Below are positions 1 to 8,011 of a stretch of 24,000 nucleotides of DNA, piece after piece (the first letter of the stretch is position 1; every line of letters starts with the position of its first letter). This stretch comes from Acidimicrobiales bacterium (GTDB lineage Bacteria > Actinomycetota > Acidimicrobiia > Acidimicrobiales > MedAcidi-G1), in assembly GCA_029245675.1 (NCBI GenBank), contig JAQWOV010000014.1, positions 1-24,000 of the forward strand, read 5' to 3'. Under the pieces are notes generated by a model. The model did not search any database and was not told where the DNA came from. It saw only the letters and a list, made by a program, of their open reading frames with translations. A program made the translations under genes and the position numbers.

Positions 1-108
1 AGTATCAGAAGAACTACTCGAAGAGCTGTCACTGTCGCTACCACAAGCGCCCGCGAGTAACGCGAACCCAAGTACGACGGCAGATAAAACGCTTAATCGT
101 TTACTCAT
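1..108 (-). CDS. N-terminus of a secreted lipoprotein, product unknown (truncated by window edge)
   Basis: Reverse-strand translation from ATG at 108..106: MSKRLSVLSAVVLGFALLAGACGSDSDSSSSSSSDT. It has a basic N-terminus, hydrophobic stretch, lipobox LAGAC and Ser-rich linker. Confidence 0.75.
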   Translation of the reverse strand, partial: MSKRLSVLSAVVLGFALLAGACGSDSDSSSSSSSDT

Positions 109-278
109 GAATCCCTCTCAATGAACCCCAAAGGGCTCTTAATATCTAATAGAACAATCCACTTTGTTTTCCTTAATTTGGAAAACATTATGGATAGATT
201 GCCTACCTTACACATCTTGGAAGGTTCGCGCGCTAGTCGCGGGAGTAATAAAGGATCTTTTAAAAGGAGCTTTTGAGG

Positions 279-659
279 CTAGTTATTACTGACGCTAGTC
301 ACTGTGGTGATGATGCCGCCACGAATTTGCTGTTCAAGAATTACTTTCACCGGAACTTGCACTGCTTTGCCTAGATGGTTGGCAATTTTAGGGGCTAGAT
401 GTTCAGCAAAAATGCCGATTCCTTCGAATGTTCGTAGAAAAAGTTTCAAGGACTTTGTTTCAATGCAGATTGATTCGGGGGAGTAACTTATATCAATCGT
501 GTAAAAATCTGGTTGGTTTGTCACAGGACACACGGCAGTCAATTCGGAAGACCGAAATTGAACTAATTCAACAGGGCCTTCCACAGAGAAGGTGTCAATT
601 TGGGTAGTAGGCGTTGAATCAGGTCGTCCAAGTACTGGTTCTTGATTTGTTTCTTCCAT
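279..659 (-). CDS. queF: NADPH-dependent 7-cyano-7-deazaguanine reductase (QueF, type I short form)
   Basis: Motifs ELTAVCPVTNQPDFYTIDISYSP, ETKSLKLFLRTFE and terminal RGGI match the QueF/GTP cyclohydrolase I-like fold family. Confidence 0.85.
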   Translation of the reverse strand: MEETNQEPVLGRPDSTPTTQIDTFSVEGPVELVQFRSSELTAVCPVTNQPDFYTIDISYSPESICIETKSLKLFLRTFEGIGIFAEHLAPKIANHLGKAVQVPVKVILEQQIRGGIITTVTSVSNN

Positions 660-680
660 TAGTTTGGAACTTGAAATACC

Positions 681-770
681 TTAACTATTGCGACCCAGGT
701 TGGGTTTACGTCCATGGTTAGCCTTTTTACGCCGTGCGTTGGCTCTCTTCTTTGACGTTCGCTTTGACAT
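681..770 (-). CDS. Actinobacterial small ribosomal protein bL37-like (29 aa)
   Basis: Reverse-strand ORF translates to MSKRTSKKRANARRKKANHGRKPNLGRNS. It is highly basic with a KANHG(R/K)(K/R)PN core as in the mycobacterial bL37 peptide. Below the ORF-track length cutoff. Confidence 0.75.
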   Translation of the reverse strand: MSKRTSKKRANARRKKANHGRKPNLGRNS

Positions 771-894
771 GCTAAAGATGCTAACGGCTTAATGAGAGAT
801 ACATGTGTTTTTTTACCTGTTTCTGATGGCTATTGCATGAACTGGCGTAGTCTTACCTGCTGGAAGAACAAATCATTTCAGACAGGAGCATGAG

Positions 895-1971
895 ATGGAA
901 AGATTTGGATTTGTTGGCTTGCCTAATGCAGGAAAGTCTTCTTTATATAACGCATTAGCAGGTGGAGGGGCTTTAGCAGCCCCGTATGCGTTCGCGACAA
1001 CAGATCCAAATATTGGGGTAGCAAAAGTTCCAGATGACCGTTTAGATCAGTTGGCTCAGATGAGTGCCTCTAAGAAGGTGATTCCAGCGAGTGTTCAATT
1101 TGCCGATATAGGTGGGTTAGTTGAAGGAGCAGCTTCTGGAGAAGGTCTCGGAAACAAATTTCTAGCTGGAATTCGTGAAGTGGATGCGATTGTTTTTGTT
1201 CTCAGAGCCTTTCAGGACACAGATGTTCCGGGACCTACAGATCCGTTAGAGCATCTTCGAATTGTTGAGGTGGAACTTGCTTTGGCAGATCTAGAAACGG
1301 TGGAACGGCAACTTGAGAAGCATAGAAAGTCTATGAAAAGCGATAAGACGTTAGTTGGAGCAGTTGCATTGTTAGAAAGAACCCACGAAGCGCTTTCCGA
1401 GGGCATTCCTCTTCATAGAACTAACTTTACGAGTGAAGAACGTCATGAATTGCAGCCGTTCTTTTTGCTGACGAATAAACCGGCACTGGCGATAGTTAAC
1501 TTAGATGAAGATCAGGTATCAGAATCTGAAAGCATTTTGAAACCAATTAAAGATGAATTCCATGATTCAGTAGATGTCATCGGTATGTGTATTCAACTTG
1601 AAGCTGAAGCAGCACTGTTGCCACCTGATCAGCGAGGGGAACTGCTTGAAGGGCTTGGTCTAGGACAAGGAGCCCTCCCGCGTTTTGTGCGATCGGCTTA
1701 TCACCAACTCGGGCTTCGAACATTTTTTACGACCGGAGAAAAAGAAACACGTGCATGGACATTCCGCTCTGGTTCTTCGGCTCCAGAATGTGCAGGCCGG
1801 ATCCATACGGACTTTGAGCGCGGATTCATTAGAGCTGAAACAATCCGTTGGGATCAGTTACTTGAATTTGGATCCTATGTAAAAGCTAGGGAGGCAGGAG
1901 CAGTTCGATCAGAAGGAAAAGATTACTGTCCTCAAGACGGGGATGTTTTAGAGTTCAGATTCAATGTCTGA
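895..1971 (+). CDS. ychF: Redox-regulated ribosome-binding ATPase YchF (OLA1/Obg-like)
   Basis: GFVGLPNAGKSSLYNAL P-loop, FADIGGLVEGAASGEGLGNKFL, and C-terminal TGS-like domain ending in GDVLEFRFNV. SD-like 'acaggag' sits upstream. Confidence 0.95.
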   Translation: MERFGFVGLPNAGKSSLYNALAGGGALAAPYAFATTDPNIGVAKVPDDRLDQLAQMSASKKVIPASVQFADIGGLVEGAASGEGLGNKFLAGIREVDAIVFVLRAFQDTDVPGPTDPLEHLRIVEVELALADLETVERQLEKHRKSMKSDKTLVGAVALLERTHEALSEGIPLHRTNFTSEERHELQPFFLLTNKPALAIVNLDEDQVSESESILKPIKDEFHDSVDVIGMCIQLEAEAALLPPDQRGELLEGLGLGQGALPRFVRSAYHQLGLRTFFTTGEKETRAWTFRSGSSAPECAGRIHTDFERGFIRAETIRWDQLLEFGSYVKAREAGAVRSEGKDYCPQDGDVLEFRFNV

Positions 1972-1985
1972 TCTAGACTCTAGAT

Positions 1986-2315
1986 ATGCCCTGGTTACTA
2001 CTTGAAGAGAAAGTTCTTAGTTCTATAGAAATAGGCTCAAATGAATCTTTTGTAGGGCAGTCACCTCATCGTGGGGGAGGATCTGAAGAGACTCAGTTGA
2101 TCATGTCTACAAAACTTGTCCATACGTTCCGAAGAGTGGAATCGGAGGATTTCATTTTTCTTGACGAAAGTTTCAAAATTCTTGAGATAAAAACTTTGAC
2201 CCCATCGCGTATTAAGTTCTCTCCGTTAAGAACCAAATCAATTGTTAAAACAAATGAAGGTAATGCTCTTCGGTGGGATGTTCAGGTTGATGACATTCTG
2301 GAGATCCGATTATGA
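1986..2315 (+). CDS. DUF192 family protein (divergent)
   Basis: KLVHTFRRVESEDFIFLDESFKILEIKTLTPSRIKF...ALRWDVQVDDILEIRL resembles the DUF192 core (S-x-H-T-F-x-x-x-x-x-D-x-x-F-x-D). Stop overlaps the rsmI start region. Confidence 0.6.
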   Translation: MPWLLLEEKVLSSIEIGSNESFVGQSPHRGGGSEETQLIMSTKLVHTFRRVESEDFIFLDESFKILEIKTLTPSRIKFSPLRTKSIVKTNEGNALRWDVQVDDILEIRL

Positions 2316-3145
2316 ATGGCATCCTTACATTAGTAGCTACTCCGATTGGAAATTTATCAGACCTTTCTCCGCGCGGGTTAGAAACTCTTGAAAGGTCAGA
2401 TGTAATCGCATGTGAAGATACGCGTCGTACCGGTTCCCTGCTTCAACATTTTGGAATCACAGGTGTACGAATGCTGCGTGTAGATTCACACACCGAAGAG
2501 AAAGCGGCCGGAGAGATTATCAACTGTCTTTCAGACGGGCTTTCAGTATCAATGGTTACTGACGCTGGAATGCCAAGCATCTCGGACCCAGGGGAGCGGT
2601 TAGTGAAAAAAGTTATTGAATCTGGCCATCAAATAACAGTTATCCCGGGTCCAACCGCACCTATTTCAGCGTTAGTGGTCAGCGGGTTTTCAACTCAAAG
2701 GTGGTGCATGGAAGGGTTTTTACCAAGAAAAGGGGAAAATCGATCTCGAAGAATTAAAGAAATTGCTGAAGAAACTCGAACAACCGTCTTATTTGAATCC
2801 CCACATCGGCTGAAAGCCACGTTGGAAGATTTATATGAAGAATGTGGAGGCACTCGGCAGATAGCCATAGTTAGAGAACTCACAAAAATACATGAAGAAA
2901 TCTTCAGAGGATCTTTAGAAGAGTCTTTAGCCTGGGTTGAGAAAAAAATAAAAGGCGAAATAGTGATCGTGCTTGAAGCCAATAATTCAACCACAGAAAT
3001 AGACGACGATCGTCTCAAAGTTGTTCTAAGGGAAATACTTGATGGCGGGGTGTCCACCAAAGATGCGGCTGAAGAAGCATCTCGAAGACTGAATGTGAGT
3101 CGCCGGCGTGCTTATTCAACCGCTCTGGACTTAAGGGCGGACTAG
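2312..3145 (+). CDS. rsmI: 16S rRNA (cytidine1402-2'-O)-methyltransferase
   Basis: LVATPIGNLSDLSPRGLETLERSDVIACEDTRRTGSLL and VTDAGMPSISDPGERLV, then VIPGPTAPISALVVSG, are hallmark RsmI motifs. Confidence 0.95.
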   Translation: MNGILTLVATPIGNLSDLSPRGLETLERSDVIACEDTRRTGSLLQHFGITGVRMLRVDSHTEEKAAGEIINCLSDGLSVSMVTDAGMPSISDPGERLVKKVIESGHQITVIPGPTAPISALVVSGFSTQRWCMEGFLPRKGENRSRRIKEIAEETRTTVLFESPHRLKATLEDLYEECGGTRQIAIVRELTKIHEEIFRGSLEESLAWVEKKIKGEIVIVLEANNSTTEIDDDRLKVVLREILDGGVSTKDAAEEASRRLNVSRRRAYSTALDLRAD

Positions 3146-3155
3146 TCTCACAGTT

Positions 3156-4790
3156 ATGAATCATTCAAATACCCCCATCCTCGTAGCTGTGGCTTGGCCC
3201 TACGCTTCTGGATCACGCCACCTCGGGCATCTTGCGGGCGCGTATCTTCCTGCAGACGTTTTTGCTCGTTACCAGCGTTTGATGGGAAATCGGGTGTTAA
3301 TGGTTAGCGGGTCAGACGTTCATGGCACCCCGATAACAGTTAGAGCTGACGCGGAAGGAGTCACTCCATCTGAAATCGCAGATAAGTATCATGCAGAGTT
3401 TGTAAAAGATTGGGAAAGACTTGATATCAGTTGGGATTGCTATACCTCTACTGGCACCAACAATCACAAAGAAGTTGTGCAAGAACTATTTATGACTCTT
3501 TTAAATAAGGGACACATTGATAAAAGAACAAGCGAGCAATACTTTGATCAAGAAGTAAACAGATTTTTACCTGATCGTTATATTGAGGGATCTTGTCCAC
3601 ATTGCGAATATCTTGAGGCCCGTGGAGACCAATGCGAAAACTGCGGCAGGACCTTAGATCCACAAGAACTTGTTAACCCGCGTTCAAAAATTTCGGGTTC
3701 AGAACCAGAACTTCGATCAACTGAACATTTCTATTTACGTCTCTCAGACTTTGAAGATTCTCTGGAAAAATGGTTATCGACAAGGCAAGGATGGAGAAAA
3801 CATGTACTCAATTTCTCTAAAGGATGGATAGAAGAAGGCCTTCAAGATCGGGCTATTACCCGAGACTTAGATTGGGGAATTGAGATACCAGTCGATGATT
3901 TGGGTGAAGGTAAACGAATTTATGTTTGGTTCGAAGCTGTAGTCGGCTATTTATCTGCTGCAAAAGAATGGGCGGCCAAACAAGGTGAGCCAGAGTCTTG
4001 GAAAGACTGGTGGGAGAACGACGAAGCACAAAGTTTTTATTTCATTGGCAAAGACAACATACCTTTTCACACCATTATTTGGCCAGGGATGCTCATAGGT
4101 AACGGCGGCTTAAATCTTCCCACCGATGTTCCGGCTAACCAATACGTCACTTTCAAAGGTGGTAAAGCATCTGCTAGCCGTGGAGTTGGGTTAACGATAG
4201 GAGAGGGGTTAGACATGTTTGAGCCAGACGCTCTTCGTTATGCGCTTGCAGCCAACCTCCCTGAACAGAGCGATACAGATATTTCAATAGAAGAGATCGT
4301 TCGACGAATAAATGAAGAACTGGTAGCGACTTGGGGAAATTTAGTAAATCGAGTTCTTTCAATGGTGAACAAAACTTGTGAAGGGCAAGTCCCTGCACCG
4401 GGAAATAAAAAGGATGAAGACAACAAAGTTCTATCTGAAGTAGATGCAATGTTGTTAAAGGCTTCTCAACAGTTAGAGAAAGTAGAAATCCGAGCTGCAC
4501 TTAGATCCGCAATGGATGGAGCCGCAGCTGTTAATGCCTATCTGAATGCTACAGAACCATGGAGAGTCGCTAAAGAAGATCCTGACCGCGCAACAACGAT
4601 ACTCAGTACGGCTTTAGAAGCAATTAATGGAGTTCGAGTGGCATTATCTCCGTATCTTCCTTTCTCTACTACCAAACTTGAAGAGATTTTAGGCCCAATC
4701 AGCAGTTGGGAAAGAAGCCCGGTTGTCGCTGGAACACCGATTCCAAAACCAACACCTTTGTTTGCAAAAATCGAAGTAACAAATGACTAA
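3156..4790 (+). CDS. metG: Methionyl-tRNA synthetase
   Basis: HLGH (HIGH) signature, zinc knuckle CPHCEYLEARGDQCENCG, YVWFEAVVGYLSAA, and variant KMSKS loop KASASRG. Confidence 0.93.
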   Translation: MNHSNTPILVAVAWPYASGSRHLGHLAGAYLPADVFARYQRLMGNRVLMVSGSDVHGTPITVRADAEGVTPSEIADKYHAEFVKDWERLDISWDCYTSTGTNNHKEVVQELFMTLLNKGHIDKRTSEQYFDQEVNRFLPDRYIEGSCPHCEYLEARGDQCENCGRTLDPQELVNPRSKISGSEPELRSTEHFYLRLSDFEDSLEKWLSTRQGWRKHVLNFSKGWIEEGLQDRAITRDLDWGIEIPVDDLGEGKRIYVWFEAVVGYLSAAKEWAAKQGEPESWKDWWENDEAQSFYFIGKDNIPFHTIIWPGMLIGNGGLNLPTDVPANQYVTFKGGKASASRGVGLTIGEGLDMFEPDALRYALAANLPEQSDTDISIEEIVRRINEELVATWGNLVNRVLSMVNKTCEGQVPAPGNKKDEDNKVLSEVDAMLLKASQQLEKVEIRAALRSAMDGAAAVNAYLNATEPWRVAKEDPDRATTILSTALEAINGVRVALSPYLPFSTTKLEEILGPISSWERSPVVAGTPIPKPTPLFAKIEVTND

Positions 4791-5553
4791 AAAGGCTGCT
4801 GATGTTCAATGGTTCGATAACCATTGCCATCTTGGGGAAGACGCAGAAGCCATTATTGAACGTGCTCATTTAGTTGGAGTGACGAAAATGATAACTGTCG
4901 GAACCGACTTAGCGGAAAGTAAAGTGGCGATCCAAATCGCAGAAAATTTTGAAAATGTTTGGGCTACCGCGGGGATTCACCCACATGAAGCCACGCACGG
5001 AACACAGGGACTAAAAGAACTCCTTGACTCACCTCAAGTAGTAGCAGTAGGAGAAGCAGGACTGGATTTTTATTACGATCATTCACCGCGAAACGAACAA
5101 AAAGAAGTTTTTAAACAGCAAATTGAATTAGCTAATAAAAAATCGATGCCACTAGTAATACACACAAGAGAGGCTTGGGATGAAACGTTTTCTCTTTTAG
5201 ACGCTGAAGGAACTCCAGAACACACAGTATTCCATTGTTTCACCGGCGGGCCCATAGAACTTGAATCTTGTTTATCTCGCAACGCTTCCGTTTCTTTCAG
5301 TGGGATAGCTACTTTTTCTACCGCTTCAGAAGTACGCGCCGCAATCGAAGAATGCCCCCTCGAAAAACTACTCTTAGAAACTGATTCCCCATATCTCGCT
5401 CCAGTCCCACTCAGAGGTCAAATAAATGAACCAGCAAACATAATTCACACAGGTCGACTTATAGCTGAGGTCAAAAGCCTCACTGAACAAGAAGTAGCCA
5501 CAGCAACCACTCAAAATGCAGAAAGATTCTACAGGCTTACTGAAATCAACTAA
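4783..5553 (+). CDS. tatD: TatD family metal-dependent deoxyribonuclease
   Basis: WFDNHCHL, AGIHPHEA, VAVGEAGLDFYYD, VIHTREAWDETF and LLLETDSPYLAPVPLRG. Overlaps the metG end. Confidence 0.93.
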   Translation: MTKKAADVQWFDNHCHLGEDAEAIIERAHLVGVTKMITVGTDLAESKVAIQIAENFENVWATAGIHPHEATHGTQGLKELLDSPQVVAVGEAGLDFYYDHSPRNEQKEVFKQQIELANKKSMPLVIHTREAWDETFSLLDAEGTPEHTVFHCFTGGPIELESCLSRNASVSFSGIATFSTASEVRAAIEECPLEKLLLETDSPYLAPVPLRGQINEPANIIHTGRLIAEVKSLTEQEVATATTQNAERFYRLTEIN

Positions 5554-5566
5554 AAGCGGGCACGAT

Positions 5567-5604
5567 TCGCGCTTAGAGTGGTCACTCTCGCGCGACGATT
5601 TTTT
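5567..5604 (+). terminator. Rho-independent terminator after tatD
   Basis: TCGCGC-tt-AGAGT-ggtc-ACTCT-c-GCGCGA stem-loop followed by cga and TTTTTT. Confidence 0.6.
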
Positions 5605-5730
5605 GCTGTTTGTTTTTTCTCTCAATTCTTCATAAATTTTTGTTCGGCTATAGCATTTTAGAAAATTGCTATCAGAGGGGAAAGGGACGGAGCTCTGGAA
5701 GCTGATACCACCATCGAGAGGTGGCGAGTA

Positions 5731-6438
5731 GTGGTAGTGGCGGTAGCTACTATCGCTGCAGTGCCTCTTCTCGTTTTAGAAAATCCAAATTCTTTTGGCT
5801 CTGCAACATCAACTGCAGGAGCTACTGAAACCTCTTTGGCTGCAACAACAGCCACAATTGTCGCGTCTGAGGCATCAGAGAGTTCTGGAATAGTTCTTTC
5901 AACTCTTGAAGAAGAAAATAGTGGACCTAGTCAGTTAGACGAGACTCAAGCCATGATGATACTCGCTGAGGCAAAAGCCCAAAAAATATTAAAAGACGCT
6001 GTTGAAGCTAAAGAAAAAGACGCTCTTTCAATTTTTGAAACAGCAGAAATTCTTTCAGCCGAACGAGCTGAAGAACTTGCAGAAGCGAGGATCGAATATA
6101 TAGAGTCCCAAGGTTCCGCATCTCCTACAACTCTTCCGCCTTACGTACCCCCAGCACCTAATGGACCGACGGAACAGCAATGGAGTGATTTACGACGGTG
6201 TGAGTCAACTAACAACTACCAAGCAGTAAGTCCTTCTGGGACTTATCGAGGCGCCTATCAATTCAGTCAAGTCACATGGGATTTCATCGCAGGAATTTCT
6301 ACTCACGTTGAAGTTCATTACTTATTAGGCGTAGACCCCATTGACGCTTCTCCAGCTGAACAAGATTTGATGGCGCTTACTCTATATAACTACTGGGGTA
6401 GAGGCCAGTGGCCTGAGTGCGGCCGCTTTTTGCCGTAA
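5731..6438 (+). CDS. Membrane-anchored or secreted transglycosylase-like (Rpf-type) protein with coiled-coil spacer
   Basis: GTG start and N-terminal hydrophobic segment. The C-terminal domain WSDLRRCESTNNYQAVSPSGTYRGAYQFSQVTWDF...LYNYWGRGQWPECG matches the resuscitation-promoting factor / transglycosylase-like fold. It sits directly upstream of ksgA as rpfB does in mycobacteria. Confidence 0.85.
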   Translation: MVVAVATIAAVPLLVLENPNSFGSATSTAGATETSLAATTATIVASEASESSGIVLSTLEEENSGPSQLDETQAMMILAEAKAQKILKDAVEAKEKDALSIFETAEILSAERAEELAEARIEYIESQGSASPTTLPPYVPPAPNGPTEQQWSDLRRCESTNNYQAVSPSGTYRGAYQFSQVTWDFIAGISTHVEVHYLLGVDPIDASPAEQDLMALTLYNYWGRGQWPECGRFLP

Positions 6439-6447
6439 CTTCTAGTT

Positions 6448-7266
6448 ATGACCCTTACTCGGACCGAAGTCCGGGATCTTCTAGATCGATATCAGATAAG
6501 TCCTAAACGTTCTTTAGGGCAAAATTTTGTCGTAGAACCAAATACTGTTAGGCGAATAGCTGAGTTGGCAGAAATTGAAATAGGCGATCAAGTTTTGGAG
6601 ATAGGACCAGGATTGGGTTCATTAACCTTGGCTCTTGAAGACCGAGGAGCACACGTAACAGCCCTAGAAATTGATGACAAACTTGTTGAAGTACTTAAAG
6701 AGGTAACAGCTGGCAAACAAATCAATATCTTGCATGAAGATGCTATGAAATTTGATTTTGGGACCTATACCTCTAGTGGGAGATGGAAACTTGTAGCTAA
6801 TTTGCCCTACAACATTTCAGTTCCATTGATTTGCAACATTTTAGATACATCTCCTTCTATAACCGAGATGCTGGTCATGGTCCAGAGTGAAGTAGCAGAT
6901 CGTCTTGTAGCGAGACCTGAAACAAAAGCGTATGGCTTCCCATCTGTGAAAGTTTCTTTTTATGCAGAAGCCTCTTTAGTGAGTCGTGTCCCACCTTCTG
7001 TGTTTTTGCCGCGACCAAGAGTTGATTCAGCGCTCGTCAGAATTAAAAGAAAGCCACATACAGATACGACAGTTGACACAGAGACTCTTTTTTCCTTAGT
7101 GAAAATGGGATTCACTCATCGCCGCAAAACATTGCGCCGCTCTTTGGGGGACATGGTCAGAGAAGAAGAGTTTCAAAAATCTAGTATTAATTCAAAAGCA
7201 AGAGCGGAAGAATTAAGTATTGACGAGTGGGTGCATCTAGCAAAGGAGGTCCGTCATGAAAACTGA
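6448..7266 (+). CDS. rsmA: 16S rRNA (adenine1518-N6/adenine1519-N6)-dimethyltransferase
   Basis: KRSLGQNFVVEPNTVRRIAELAEI, VLEIGPGLGSLTLAL and LVANLPYNISVPL. Confidence 0.95.
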   Translation: MTLTRTEVRDLLDRYQISPKRSLGQNFVVEPNTVRRIAELAEIEIGDQVLEIGPGLGSLTLALEDRGAHVTALEIDDKLVEVLKEVTAGKQINILHEDAMKFDFGTYTSSGRWKLVANLPYNISVPLICNILDTSPSITEMLVMVQSEVADRLVARPETKAYGFPSVKVSFYAEASLVSRVPPSVFLPRPRVDSALVRIKRKPHTDTTVDTETLFSLVKMGFTHRRKTLRRSLGDMVREEEFQKSSINSKARAEELSIDEWVHLAKEVRHEN

Positions 7267-7981
7267 GTTGAGATCTCCAGCAAAACTCACTCTTTCCCTC
7301 CGGATTACCGGAAAAAGAGAGGATGGCTACCACTTCATAGAGGCGGAAATGGTAAGCCTAGATCTTTCGGATCGAATAGTTATTTCTGATGGAGATGGCT
7401 TGACGATAGAGGGACCTGAAATAGGATTTAGTGTTGAGCCAGATAGCAACAACTTAGTTACACAAGCTCTTGAATTATTAAACAGGAAAGCCTTGATTCG
7501 CCTAGAAAAGAACATTCCTTCCGGCGCAGGTTTAGGAGGAGGGTCTACTAACGCAGCAGCAATACTTCGATGGGCTGGTTTCACAGACCTAGTCAAAGCT
7601 GCGTCTCTAGGGGCTGATGTCTCTTACTGCATTGTTGGAGGCAGAGCTAAAGTTTCAGGAATTGGTGAAGTAGTGGAACCTCTACCATTCGTTGAAAAAA
7701 CTTTTACTCTCCTCACCCCGCCATTTGGCGTTTCAACTCCAGCCGTTTATAAACACTGGGACGAAATGGGAGGCCCCGTGGGGGATAACGGCAATGACCT
7801 CGAACCTGCTCTGCTCAGCTATATGCCGGAAGCAGATCAATACAAAAATCGATTAGCAGAAATATCTGGAAAAATCCCTCAATTAGCTGGATCGGGTTCA
7901 ACATGGTTTGTGGAAGGAAGTTTCCCTGAAGAAGGCTGCCAAGTAGTAAAGACTATTCCGTCTAGCCTGTTCGAGAAGTAA
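7256..7981 (+). CDS. ispE: 4-diphosphocytidyl-2-C-methyl-D-erythritol kinase (short form)
   Basis: SPAKLTLSLRITGKREDGYH, IPSGAGLGGGSTNAAAILRW, LGADVSYCIVGG and LAGSGSTWF (GHMP kinase motifs). Overlaps ksgA. Confidence 0.9.
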   Translation: MKTELRSPAKLTLSLRITGKREDGYHFIEAEMVSLDLSDRIVISDGDGLTIEGPEIGFSVEPDSNNLVTQALELLNRKALIRLEKNIPSGAGLGGGSTNAAAILRWAGFTDLVKAASLGADVSYCIVGGRAKVSGIGEVVEPLPFVEKTFTLLTPPFGVSTPAVYKHWDEMGGPVGDNGNDLEPALLSYMPEADQYKNRLAEISGKIPQLAGSGSTWFVEGSFPEEGCQVVKTIPSSLFEK

Positions 7982-8001
7982 AGAACTTGGCTGAGTTTTT
8001 T

Positions 8002-8007
8002 AGGAGG
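8002..8007 (+). promoter_or_regulatory. Strong Shine-Dalgarno AGGAGG for the AKR gene
   Basis: AGGAGG lies 4 nt upstream of ATG 8012. Confidence 0.6.
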
Positions 8008-8011
8008 AAAA

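Noticed and set aside
253-275. Possible queF terminator (aaaggatcttttaaaaggagctttt)
   Set aside because: Only short AT-rich dyads (AAAAG-gag-CTTTT) with no GC-rich stem. Too weak to call.
4174-4500. 108-aa minus-strand ORF inside metG, and similar antisense ORFs throughout
   Set aside because: Fully antisense to conserved housekeeping genes with no domain resemblance. Typical shadow ORFs.
5554-5730. c-di-AMP (ydaO-yuaA) riboswitch upstream of the Rpf-like gene
   Set aside because: Expected by analogy with other actinobacterial rpf genes, but I could not match the conserved riboswitch core by eye. Only a terminator and a small hairpin are supportable.
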